Shown here piece by piece: positions 1 through 12,029 of a stretch of DNA of 64,000 bases (positions are counted from its first letter, which is position 1; every line of letters starts with the position of its first letter). The position numbers and the translations under genes were made by a program. A model generated the notes under the pieces. That model was not told the origin of the DNA. It made no database searches and worked only from the letters and a program-made list of their open reading frames with translations. Source of the DNA: Glaucostegus cemiculus (Eukaryota); NCBI GenBank assembly GCA_976551045.1, contig CDPCPM010000014.1, positions 18,662,001 to 18,726,000 on the forward strand, given 5' to 3'.

Positions 1-150
1 TTGTGACTAGCCATAGTCATGAGTGTAGAGAGAGTAGAGAAGTGGGCTAAGCACTCATCCTTGAGGTGTGCTTGTGCTGATTGTCAGCAAGGAGGAGACA
101 CTATTACCGATCCACACTAACTGTGGCCTCCCCATAAGAAAGTCGAGGAG
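1..150 (-). mobile_element. Rex1/Babar LINE reverse transcriptase fragment (runs off window start)
   Basis: Reverse complement reads ...ACAAGCACACCTCAAGGATGAGTGCTTAGCCCACTTCTCTACTCT, the (T)G.PQGCVLSPLLYSL RT motif; homologous to 62900-63030 and 44870-44920. Confidence 0.7.
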
Positions 151-433
151 CTGAAGCACTGTCATTTCCTGAAATCAATTTTCTGTTAAAATTCTGTGGT
201 ACAGCCACGTTCTGTTATATGATTAGAATTCTCAGTCGGACCTCCCCAAAAAGATTAAATGTGCTGGGACCCCTTCTCGCCCAGGAAGAACACTGGAGAA
301 GTGATGTTGAATTGTAGGGCTTTATCCAGACAGGTGTTAGAATGTGGAACTCGCCACCTCCAGAAGTATTCAAGGTGACTAGCAAAGATGCATGTAATAA
401 AATGCTCAATAAACATCTGGAAGGGGAGGAAAT

Positions 434-732
434 GGGCAGGCAGGTTAGTGCAGTGGTTAGTGTAATGCTTTTGCAGTGCCAGCAGCCCGGGTTCAATTCT
501 GGCCACTGTTTGTAAGGAGTCTGTACCTTCTCCCCCGTCTGTGTGGGTTTCCTCCGAGTGCTCCGGTTTCCTCCCACATTCCAAAGACGTATGGGTTAGG
601 AAGTTGCGGGCATGCTATGTTGGCGCCGGAACCATGGCAACAACTTGCTGGCTGCCCCCAGAGCACTCTATGCAAAAGATGCATTTCACTGTGTTTCGAT
701 GTATATGTGACTAATAAAGATATCTTACCTTA
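434..732 (+). mobile_element. tRNA-derived V-SINE (HE1-like) with a Rex1-type 3' tail
   Basis: A box (CAGTGGTTAG), B box (GGTTCAATTC), V-domain TGTGGGTTTCCTCCGAGTGCTCCGGTTTCCTCCCACATTCCAAAGAC; ends GTGACTAATAAA. Confidence 0.85.
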
Positions 733-869
733 AATATTGCTGAGGGCATGATTCATGCCTAGCACAGATAGCATGGACCTGTTGAGCCCACTACCCCATG
801 TCTAAACACTATGTGACATCATTCTGCTCATTTAAACCCGTTTCCTCTAGCTGAGTGTAAATAATCATT

Positions 870-1205
870 GATACAACCCAGTAACAGGCCCTTTGCCCCA
901 TCATCTGGCCTGGCCTTCAACCAACCATTTTCACTAATCCAATTTTTGTAATTCTCTGCATATTCTCATCAACTGCCCACCCAGATTCTACTACTTGTCT
1001 TACACTAAGTGCAATTTACATTGGCCTATTAACCTCCCAGCCTGCACATCTGTGGGATGTGGGAGTAAACTGAAGTACCCAGAGGAAACCCACACAGTCA
1101 CATGAAGAATGTGCAGACTTCAGGTGAACAGCACCAGATATCAGGATTGAATTCGGGTCTCCAGTGCTGTGAGGTAGCAGCTCTACCAGCTGCACCATTA
1201 TGCAA
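870..1205 (-). mobile_element. Older V-SINE (HE1-like) copy
   Basis: Reverse V-domain GGATGTGGGAGTAAACTGAAGTACCCAGAGGAAACCCAC and tRNA-like head. Confidence 0.75.
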
Positions 1206-2552
1206 TGATGCCTACCTGACCGTGTGCTTGAGGCATTAATGTTTAGGCCTGAAAATAAACATGTAATGAACTGTGCTCCTTTTGGCTCTTGGATCAAAAG
1301 AACTTGTAACTTTAGGAGAGCAATTCTCTGTATGACTACATTTGAAGTCTTAACAGTGCTTTTCCCTGAATAGGCCAGATATGGTTCAAGTCTGGTAGGA
1401 GGCAATAGCATGAAGTAGAATCTAACCAAATAGCAGCTGTTAATGTTATACCAGTTGGTTAATGGACATGCTGGAACAAAGACCAGTCATTCTGGAGAGA
1501 ACAGATAAATTGATGTTTAAGTGTGGTCCCTTATTTTTTTTTTTAAAGTGTGTAACGTACAAGCTCCTTGCAGTTGAAATTAAATGATGCTGAAACCTTT
1601 TACTGCAAAAATTGACCTTGAAGTATACATAATTCTAGAGACTGCAACTATGAGGAGTTTACAAACCACAATACCAAAGTTGTATATATGTTACTCAGAC
1701 TTCAGATTATGGAAGTGTTACCTCCATTCATGTTCCTATGAATCATAGGAAAATTTGCATGGCTGAAGGGCACTGATTCTCAGCTAGCAAAACTCTTTTG
1801 ACATTTACTCCCTTTTAACTTGACAAATTTAATATCTAATGCATCAAAAATCCAGGTGAGGATGATGGTTCAAGAAAGCATTGTCAAGCTTTGATAAGTT
1901 TTATGAAGGGTCTTGACGAGTGAATGATTCTCCTTGTGAGAGATTCTAAAATTAGAGGTCACTTTGTACTCCCACCACCTTGCTTACACTTTAAAGCTGT
2001 CTTTTTTTTCCTCCTCACGATTCTCCAGTTCCAATGAAGGGTCTTCAATCTGAAATGTTAAATTGGGTTTCACAAACTACTGAAATTCTGGAATGTAATA
2101 CAAATGTGACTGACACACCGCTACACCCTGGAGCTCCTGCCAACAAGAGCTCTGTGTTCCTTAACTGTATTTAATGGCCAGTGGAGTGTTTTCAAAGTAA
2201 CTCTGGCACTTGTTTTCAGTACTTGGTATTTACTGTTTATTTTTATAGCAAAGGCCACATAATAAGTAGCAAAAGAATGGCTACTTTTGGTTGCAGTTGC
2301 TCAGTTCATTGAAATTATTGAAACCGGATCTAGTCAAAAGACTGCTGGCTGGGAATAATCCTAACCAGTAGATTAGGAGTGACTAAATACAGAAATAATT
2401 TTTAAATTACCTGAAATCTGCAATCCACCCAATTTTGATTTGGTAACATTTTCGTGTTTGTCTTTTTGTGGCGGTTGACTGAGCAATTTGATCCCATATC
2501 TCTGTCAAAGCAATTTCTGGAAGCAGAACAAGTTTGCAAATATTGCTGATAT

Positions 2553-2908
2553 TGCGGGGCCGGAGGTGGTCAGACTGCGGGGCTGGAGGTCGTCAGACTG
2601 CGGAGCCGGAATTCGGGGCTGGAGGTCGTCGGACTGCGGAGCTGGAATTCGGGGCTGGAGGTTGTCGGACTGCGGAGCCGGAGGCAAAGGTGCCGGAGGT
2701 GGTTGACTGCGGAGCCGGTCTGTGGGGCTGGAGGTCGTCGGACTGCGGAGCCGGAGGCGAAGGAGCCGGGGATCGTCGGCCTGTGGGGCCGGAGGTGGTC
2801 GGACTGTCGGACTGCGGGCCGGAGGTTGTTGATGGTCTGTGGGCCCTGAGGTTGTAGGACTGCGGGGGTTGGAGGTGGTCATCGGTGCGGGGTGAGGCTG
2901 GGGGGCTG
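2553..2908 (+). repeat. GC/CpG-rich minisatellite, about 36-bp unit
   Basis: GGGGCTGGAGGTCGTCGGACTGCGGAGCCGGAATTC about 3 times near-perfectly, then degenerate GGAGGTNGTCGGACTGCGG subunits; explains the overlapping repetitive ORFs at 2488-3024. Confidence 0.9.
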
Positions 2909-5261
2909 TTAATGTTTTGATGTTTTTGTCCCGGTGTCCTTTGTTGTCTTTGATGTCTTTTGCACATGTATACGTGAAAGTGACAAATAGATAAATTGAT
3001 TCTGAATTTAATTTCAATCTCCATAGCTTTTAATGTGTAATGTTTTGTACTGTGTATTCTGCCAAGTGTGTATGTGTCTCTCTGTTGGTTGTTATGTTAT
3101 TTTTTTTATGGGACGAGCACCTGAGGAGGATGGTATCTCGCTCCTATGCATACTTTGTATGTATATGGTTGTGACAATAAAACTGATTCTGATCTCTCCT
3201 GGACCCCTCTGCCCTCACTGAAGCAGCACTATTGATATTTGATGGTCAACAATATGGGCACCAAGTCTAAAACATATGTTCACCAATGTGTATATTTTAA
3301 TTTTTTCTTCCCCCTCCCCAGCTTGCTTTGGACAAATTTACCAAGTTGTTTTATTCCTTGGCCAGTGTTTTGGTATGATATAGAAGCCTATTAAATTCCT
3401 TCCATTATTTTAGAACTACTGTGGTAGCATTTCTTTTTAGCAGAAAATTGTTGTTTCCTGCAGCCCTTGGGGATCATAACAATATTCCTAATGCATGCAA
3501 GAAGTAGAAAACAATAGCTCTATTGTAGTCTGGTGATGGAGCTGAGTAACTGTCATGTTCTGTCAGACACATTGAGACTGATCTGTTTTAAATAAGTACA
3601 TAAGGTTTCTTGGGATAGTAAGAATGCAGAATATAATTTGTAGAGGATATGTAATAACTAGTCCAATTAACTGCATTTTATTGTCCTGCTACATGCAGCT
3701 AAATTGGAATTGCTTTTGGATTCTGGCCTAGAAATTACAGAGATCACTATATGATGATGTCATAAGTATGCTAATGACATAAAACTTGGTGCCGGGAAAT
3801 GTCCGTCAGTGCATGGTACTGAAGTATCTGGTGTTACACAATTAGATTTCATTACTGCTATCTCCTTTTTGATTATGAGGAACAGAAACAAGTATGGATT
3901 ACTGAAGCAAATCTGGGTAGAAAATTATTGAGTATTCAAAAACCAGGTTGTGCGTTCTCCTCAATTAAAATTTGAAAGTATGTCTTTGATTTTAAAAACA
4001 TGGACATGTTGGAAATGCTTAGCAGGTCAGGCAGCCTCTCAGGAGATCTGCAACATTTAACTTTTTTTCCACAGATGCTCCCTGGCCTGCTGAGCATTTC
4101 CAGAATTTTTTGGTTTTACTTAAGATTTCTGACATCTTCATTTTTTTGCTTTTTATTTTCTTTGTGGGGCTTGAAATTAAATTTAGCAAAGATTAGAAGA
4201 TATGCAGAACAAAATCTTGTTATTAGTTTTTTTTGTTCTTTATTCTCCTGTTATCTTATCACAGACCAGCTGATCTTTTTGAATAGAATCTAATCCTAGT
4301 TACTGAAAATGGGTCCATCTGACAAATCTAGCTAATGTTATAAAACTTGTATTGAAGCTTTAATTATCCAGTGAATGCTACAACAGCAAGAACCTAGTGT
4401 AGGGTAAGATCCCAAAGCATCACAGAAGTCCATTCAGATAGAAAGCAATGGCAAACCAAAGGGAAAGAATGACTGAAAAATGTTTTCAATGTGATAGGTT
4501 TTGAGGACTGCCTTACAGGAGAGGGAACTAGAGAGGTAAAAGGTCAAGTTTCCAGAATTGTTGCCTTTAGAGGGAAACGGCCTTTTTTGTATTACGTCCA
4601 ATTGCATTGCAGTTCAATTCTTGTTTAACTTTAAGATTTCCACTCACTTAACCTCACTTTTGAAGACTGAGAGTTTCTCTAATCTTAGCTCCTGATTCAG
4701 GGCACTGATAAGGTTGATTGATCTGGTGGTCTTTCCCTGCTGTTAAAACTTGGCTGTGTCTCTTTTTTCTCATGCCATTTTGTAAAAGGACTTGATTGCA
4801 TTTTATGTCGTTGCTTGGCCAGAGTTGGCCATATCACTCAGCAGTCTGCATTATGGATCACATGACAGGTGTTAAGTGTACCAACACTGTCAGATCTTTC
4901 ACCTTGTCCCCATAGTTTTGCAAGCATCATTTTATTTGCAGCACCATTCCTCAGATTGTTTCTTTTCTTTTGATATGTTATACCCAGACTCTATTATGTT
5001 GAATTTAACCTGTTTATTGTTCTATAAACTTGCTGATATTTGACTGCACCTTTCCCTTTTGAGTTCCTTGGTATTTTTACAAGCTCTCTTTTAATCTTAC
5101 TCTCTTTGTAATTTATAAATTTTGACAAGATTTTGTGGTGTTTGTAAACCTAGTTTTTTTTCACCAACAGTAAGAGCCCAGCATTAATTTTTGGGGCTTG
5201 GTGCCTGGCAGCATTGTCTGAACCAGTATATCCTGTGACTAAAGTGTAAATCTCTTTTTAC

Positions 5262-6020
5262 AGAATGGTTCGTTACAACATGCAAAGCAGTTTGGATTGT
5301 TGGGGCCATACTGGCTGGAACCATCCAGCTGTTCCCTGCCCACACCTGTGCAAATTCTCTCCTTTCAGATATTTATCCAATTCCGTTTTGAATGCTACAT
5401 TTGAATTTACTATCACGCTATCCCTGGCAGTGTATTCCAGACTGTCACCACTTGGCCCCAGCACCACTGGGAACATTTTCTCTCTACCTACAGTCTTTCC
5501 CTTCCATAGTTTCAAGTACGTCTCAATAGATCCCCTCTTGACCTCCTCTGAATCAGTCCCAGCCCCTCGAGTCTAACTACATAACTAAAGTACCTCATTC
5601 CTGGAATCATTTTGGTTTTGCGTCTCTTCTGCACCCTTACTAAAGTCTTCATGTGGCTCTCCGAACCTGACTTAATGCTTCAGTTTGTGACCAAGCTAGT
5701 GTTTTCCCAAAGGTTGATTTTGATTTCATCACTCTTATATTCTCTTGCCTCCTATTCATAAAGATGAAACTTGTGTGTGTGTGTGTGTATTAACCCCTTT
5801 CTCAACATGTCCTGCCATTTTCAACAAAATGTATATTTACCTCTAAATTTTTGTCCTTGTAACCCTTTTTGAATTGTACACTGTATTTACATTGCCTCTT
5901 AATCTTTGTACCAAAATGTAATGCCATATTCCTCAATATTAAAATTACGTTTGCCACTATCAGCCCATTCCACAAGTATCTCTAGATTTCCTTAAAGTCC
6001 ATTACTGTCCTCTCAATGCG
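5262..6020 (-). mobile_element. Degenerate CR1 LINE 3' fragment
   Basis: Minus frame ...NVAFKTELDKYLKGENL... is the CR1 ORF2 C-terminus; similar to the 3' end of the 29563-31536 copy. Confidence 0.65.
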
Positions 6021-7074
6021 CCATCAAGTCATTGATTTTAAATGCAGTTTTAAATACTGTTTTTTAAAAAATAAAATCAGTATATTTACTTGGATGAGAT
6101 TGGTTTACTGTGAGGGTATGAAAAAGGTATTTCTATTGTTCCTTTAATATCAATGAGCTTAATGACCAATGCATGGGTGAGTCGGTAAGCTTTTGGGAAG
6201 ATACATAAAGCTTGGGAAGGAAAGCAAAATGTTGGAATTTAATGAAGGAGTTAGAAAGAATAATATCAAAAAAGTTGAAAGCTTATTTTAAGTTGTTTGT
6301 GGCCGAATTATCATAAGGCTACCTATAAAGTAAGAGCTGCTCGTCAATGAATTTCCTAGACTACAAACTGCTTATTTGCTTTGAAAATTTTGGATTGGCC
6401 TTGTACTTGCATTAAAACAATTAATTCAACTCTGGTCACCTAAAAGTAGACTGTTTCTTGCTCAAAGTGGAATCTTCCAAAATCAAGGCTGCAGATTGCC
6501 ACATACAACTGTTTGCTCTGTCTTGGTGACATATGGGAAGTGAATTGTACTCTCTAAACTTGGGCATTTATTTGTACAAAGACCATTCTCTTTTTGACTG
6601 AGGAACAAGATTTTTTTGGTGGTGATTTCTATCTTAAATGTTCCTGAGAAAATTATAAGGAACTTGCATTGTTTGATTAACCCTTCGAGTATGTCTCTGG
6701 CTTATAGTGCTGCATGCAGCTGTTAAATTTTATTCTGTTCAAGATGTGTTCTAACAATAGCTCAGGCAAAGCTAATATTTGTTTTCTGAAATAAAGAGTT
6801 GTAGGATTATTGCACTATCTGAAATGAGTATACAATAAAGGGAAGTTGTTTACCCAGTGTCAAATAATCTGATGTTCTGGATAATGAGGACTTTGTAACC
6901 ATCAATGAAAGATGGAATGAAAAGCATTCAGAAGATTCCCAAGCTGCAACAATTGCGTTTACTGTTTGCCATTTCCTTGTTTGTGTTCTTGCTTTTGAGG
7001 CCAATACCATTTGTTGCTCATATATTTCAACAGTAATGCAAGTTGTGGGTTAGATTTTTGTTTCATTTTTTCAG

Positions 7075-7760
7075 GAATGGGATGCTACTGCTAAGGCCAG
7101 CATTTATTGCCCAACCCTTATTGTCCCTGAAGGTAGTGGTGAGTCACCACTTTGAACTGCTGCAGGCATTCTTGTGAAGATACTCCCATAGTGTGATTAG
7201 TTAGGAAGTTCCAGGATGTAGATCCAGTGAAAATGAAGAAAAAGGTGATGTAGTTCCAAGTCAGGATAACTGTAGTTTGGAGAGAAATATGCAGGTAGTG
7301 GTGTTCCATTCTGTCTTTGTCTTTCTGGATGATGTCGTTTCTGAGCTTGTAAATTGCTATCAGAGAAGCCTAAGCAAGTAGCTGAACTGCATTTTGTAAA
7401 TAGTATATATTGCAGCCTTCTGTGTGTTAGTGAGAAAGGGAATCAATGTTTAGGGTGGTTGATACAGTGCTAATTAAGCAGACTGCTTTGTTCTGGATGC
7501 TGTTGAGCTGGCTGAGAGTTGCGCAGCTGCAATCATCCAAACAAGTAAAAGGTATTCCATTACAGTCCTGACTTGGGACTTTTCAATGGTGGGAAGGATC
7601 TGGGTGTTGCTAGATGAGCTGCTTGCAGTAGGATACCCAGCCTGTGACATGATCTTCCAGCTATAATATTTATATGACTGGTCTAGTTGAGTTTCAGATA
7701 ATTGGTCAACCCTTTGATATTGATGGTGGGGGACTTTGGCCATTGAATGTCAAGGGAAGA
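7075..7760 (-). mobile_element. CR1/L2-group LINE 3' fragment (family shared with 10980-11790 and 35250-35760)
   Basis: Shared terminus GGCCAGCATTTATTGCCCA..CCCT..TTG.CCCTGAAG; minus frame TIEKSQVRTVMEYLLLVWMIAA resembles the RT C-terminal YKAQVRSVMEY motif. Confidence 0.65.
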
Positions 7761-8019
7761 TCATTGGCTAGAAAATGCATCCGTCTTGTTTAGTTTCTCT
7801 GTTAATGCCACAGAATTAACTCGCACTAATAACAAGGCATAAATTGCTTAAAGTTGAGGCAGTTCTACAGAGCAACTTGGCGTGAATATTTTATTGTGCA
7901 GCCGTTATATTTATCCTGTTACTCTGAAAATGATATTTTGATCCTCTTGCATTGTTAATATTTAAAATTTTATGTTTCTTCGGAAGTCAGGATTACTGAG
8001 ATTTCCATTTTTTATTGCG

Positions 8020-8315
8020 ACATGTAAGGATGCCACGAGCCCATCAAATCGCTGCTGCTTCATGAAGCAATCCTATAAGTTCCCCTATTTTCCCTGTAAT
8101 CTCATCTTCCTACATCCCAATTTGCTGTCCTCAGACTCAACCTACACAATAGGGGGAACTTGCAGTGGTAAATTATGCTATCGTTGGGATGTAGGAGGCA
8201 ACCCATTCGGAAATGGGGAGAAGGTGCAAACTTCGCACACAGCTCTGGAGGTCAGATTTGAGCCAGGGTTGGAAGAGCTATGAGGTAATGGCTCTATTTG
8301 CTGTACCTCTGCCCA
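8020..8315 (-). mobile_element. Degenerate V-SINE
   Basis: GGGATGTAGGAGGCAACCC...GTGCAAACTTCGCACAC...GGTCAGATTTGAGCCAGGG matches the reverse V-SINE. Confidence 0.65.
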
Positions 8316-9204
8316 GTTCTCATGCACCATGAATATAAGGATGTTTAGGTAGAAAAGCTGTTTTTACAGGATGGCTGTCATAAGGACTGGTGACAACTCT
8401 ATTATTACAATTAAATTGATTTAAAATAGTGATTTAATTTGGAAACCCATCAATAATGTCAACAATTGTAGAAGTACAAATTATGGCAGAAATGTGAAAT
8501 GACTACTAATTGAAAATATTCAGCAATTTGGGCAGCATCTATGGAGAAACAAATAGTTAATGTTTCAGGTTGAAGATCTTTTATCAAATTGATACTTCGG
8601 ACTCAATAGAGAATGCTTGCTTATGTATAATAACTGATATTTAGAAAACATTGTACACAATTAACTATTGGTTTGGGTACTGTAGTCAGTTGACATGAGA
8701 GTTCTCAACTTTTTACACATTTTTATGCACTGAACATATGGTTTATGTAGCATATTAAAATATTTAGATGCATTCCAGATGTTGCAATGAGATGACTAAT
8801 CTTCACCTGAGCAAGCATAATAAAATCTCACCAGGAAAGTTGAACGTGTGGTTTTTCTACGGTCTTTAACTGCTGTAAAAACATACCAAATGGGAAACAT
8901 GATGGTATATCGGTCCCATAAAAAGCATTGATATGCAGTCCCATAGAGTTAATTGGTACCACTGACAAAATGGCAAAGCCATAAGACTCTACATTTAAGA
9001 TGTAAAGATGTGAGAGTTACAGCAGTCTAGGTAAACAGTAGTAACTCTTTATAAAAGTTCTTAAATTTTAGGAGCATCTTTATTAATTAACCACAGTAAA
9101 GTTTACCAATAAAATTTACAAGTAATTGATATTGCTGCCCTAGTTATCATTTAATTAAGCATAGTGGCTCATGGTGGCTGTTTTTAAACTGATAAACTGA
9201 CCAA

Positions 9205-10940
9205 AAAAGCAAAAATGCAGCAACTGTCAGAAATGTGAAATAAAATCAAAATGGTGGACATGTTCATTGGGTCAGGCAGCATCTGCGGAGAGAGAAAGAG
9301 AGCTAATGCATTAGGTCAGTAGTCTGTCATTAGCACTGGAAAATGCCTTAAAATTCGTCATTTTTAAACTTAGAGTAGGGTGAACTGAGAAATGAAATGG
9401 GAGGGTTGTGCTAGGCATAAGATATTAAACCCCGCTCTCTAAATTTCAAGCAGCTGTTCTTGCCCTCTTAAAAGACTGCCTCCCCATTGGAGTTGACATC
9501 CAGTACAAAGGAATGGAAAGCTATTTAATCTTCACCCAAAGAATGGTGTCAAGATCCATGCCATTACTGCACCAAGTATGATCTATAGTCTGCACTGGAT
9601 TTTTTTTGCATAAACTTGCTGTAGCCTGGAATTCTTGCTTACCAATGAGAAGATGGTTTGAGGTAATGATCTTTGTGCACTAACTCTGCAGGACCACACA
9701 CAAGTATGTGGCTGCCAAATTATTTTTTTACATACAAACACTCTTCTTCCAGCTCACTTACAATGGTGATCAGAAGAAACTTGACAAAAGTAAAGCATTA
9801 TCTTAAGAAAACAGTTATTGACATCTCAAGCCATCGTAGAGTCTCAATGTCATAGCATTCTCCATTGGCCAGTGGTCAGCTTTGAGGAAAAGCATATTGC
9901 CCCAGAAGCTGGAAAGGGAACGAATAGGAAGAAAAGAACAAGAGTCCCTTCCAGAAGGAGCTGACCTGTGAGGAAATATCAGTGTCTTCTGTGAATGGGT
10001 TTATAGTTCCAGAATTGACTCCTGAGTCATCTATGAACATGAAGGTAAATCTGTGATAGAGGCCATCCTCAAATTGAGGGATTGCCAGTTAAATAACCAA
10101 TGGGAATTTGATTGATGTGTCCAAGGTCATGACTGATTAAATTAGAGTAGGTCATGGGAGTTCCCATAAATGGTTCTAGGACCAGGAGATTCAGATTTTG
10201 GACAATAAGTGTGAGAATTTATTTTCTCACTTGGACTATTTAGGAATCCCATCCATATAAGGGTTTATTGAAGGGAGTTGGATGAGCAGCTGAGAATAAT
10301 TTGTTGCACTATGGGGAAGGGTAGGGGGAAGGGGATTGATGGAATTAGAGCCACCATAGACTCAAGAATGGCCTCCTTCTGTAACAACTGTGGTTCTGTG
10401 ATGGTCCACTGCAGGTGGTTAAAATGGGAGAAGTAACAAAGCACATCATGATTCTGGAGGGGATGTAAATGGGAAAAGCAGAAACATCTGAAAATTGTTG
10501 AATTGAACATGAGGCTAGAAGGCAGTATTGCAACTAATCCAAAGACAAGGTGTTGATCCCTGAGCTTCTTTTGAACGATGCTGGAGGCTGAGGAAGTGGG
10601 TCAGAGTGGGAATGAGGTGGAGAATTAAAATGTCAGGCAGCTCAGTCCCGTATACAGACCGAACGGAAGTGCTTTTCACGCCTGAAACAACCCATGTTTT
10701 ATCTCCCCAACACAGGAGACTCCACCTTGAGCAGTGAACATATTCCCAAATGGAAGGAGCACGTGTAAATGGCTGATTCAACTGGAAAGCATGTGGAGAC
10801 ACTTAGTGAGAAAGAAAATAAAAAAGCAGACGTTGCATCTTTTGTGGTTATACAGGAAGGTGCTGTGGAAAGGAGGAGGATTGTTGGAATTGATTGAAGA
10901 GTGGACCACAATACTTTGAGGAAATGGCCCCTCAAAAATC
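9205..10940 (-). mobile_element. Old Penelope-like element 3' part (GIY-YIG endonuclease remnant plus terminal repeat), interrupted by later insertions
   Basis: 10480-10940 minus frames give AFQLNQPFT..YVHCSRWSLLCWGDK and HFNSPPHSHSD..QHLVF, resembling PLE GIY-YIG (FQVRQRFTC..YCIRCSRCGLLYIGET..HFNS.SHS..EQHLIF); terminal-repeat copy at about 9205-9345. Confidence 0.7.
9450..10040 (+). mobile_element. Degenerate RTE-clade LINE fragment nested in the Penelope element
   Basis: GGAGTTGACATCCAGTACAAAGGAATGGAAAGCTATTTAATCTT resembles GVDIQY..GKLFNL; 3' end resembles the C..SRIGL.SH terminus, as at 53840-53890 and 54725-54770. Confidence 0.55.
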
Positions 10941-10979
10941 GGAAGCAAAGGAAAAGGAAGACTTTGTTTTATTCACTCC

Positions 10980-11790
10980 AGGGCTCTGCAGGCTGAGCCA
11001 GCATTTAATTCTCCATTCCTAATTGCCCTTGAGAAGGTGGTGGTGAGATGCCTTTTTTCATCACTGCAGTCTCCAAGGCATGGCTATACCCACAATGCTG
11101 TTAGGGAGTGATTTCCAGGATTTTGACCCAGGAATGGTGATATATTTCCAAGTTGATGGTGTATGGTTTGACGGCAACTTCCAGGTGGTGATGTTCCCAT
11201 GCTTTGTTGCCTTTGTCCTTATAGATGATGGAGTTGTAGTTTGGAAGGTGCAGTCTAAAGCGTCTTGGTTCCGCATTATCAGGTAGCTGCCAGTGTTGTA
11301 CCTGTACTGGAACAGCTTGGCTAAGGACATGGCAAGTTCTGGAGAGCATCTTGGGGACTATTGCTTGAACATTGTCAGGGCTCATAATCTTTGCTGTATC
11401 CAGTGTCTTTAGCCATTTCTTGATATCATGTAGAATGAATAGAATTGGCTGAGGACTGGCATCTGTCATTCTGGAGACCACTGGAGGAGGCTGAGATGGA
11501 TCATCTACTTGGCACTTCTGGCTGAAGATTCCTGCAAATGCTTCAGCTTTCTCTATTGCACTGAGCTGCTAGGCTCCCCCATCGTTAAGAATGGGGATAT
11601 TTGTGGAGCATGCTCCCCTTGTGAGTTGTTTAATTGTCCACTGCCTTTCATGACTGGATGTGGCAGGATTGCTGAGCTTGGGTCTAATCTGTTGGTTGTG
11701 GGATCACTTAGCTCTGTCTATTGCATGCTGTTGTTTGACATACAAGTAGTCCTGTCTTGTAGCTTCACATAGCTGATGCCTCATTGTGAT
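10980..11790 (-). mobile_element. CR1/L2-group LINE, internally deleted
   Basis: DIKKWLKTLDTAKIMSPDNVQAIV and LAKLFQYRYNTG (pre-RT region) are joined near 11280 directly to the 3' end shared with 7075. Confidence 0.75.
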
Positions 11791-12029
11791 GTGTACATAT
11801 GTTTGGTGGTGCCATCATGCTGGAGGTGCTGTAACTGACACATCCATTGAGTGTTGAGATCGCTGGGGTGAAGGTGAGAAAACAAATTGACCCCAAGAGA
11901 AGTTGCATGTCCCCAGTCCATAATAACAGTTCCTCTTTGTCCTGCTGATACCTTCATCCATAGTTTTATTTCCTGTAGACATTGCTGTACTCTTATTTAT
12001 CTTCTTGTATTCTTGAGGTCATCCCCAAC

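Noticed and set aside
2089-2110. miR-1/206-like start TGGAATGTAA
   Set aside because: Only the first 10 nt match and there is no complementary 5' arm
2488-3024. Overlapping proline/glycine-rich ORFs and a CRISPR-like appearance
   Set aside because: By-product of a GC-rich 36-bp tandem repeat; no unique spacers, no cas genes, vertebrate context
3322-3372. Possible 51-nt + strand exon (LALDKFTKLFYSLASVL)
   Set aside because: Good acceptor but a modest GTATGA donor, unrecognised peptide and no supporting neighbouring exons
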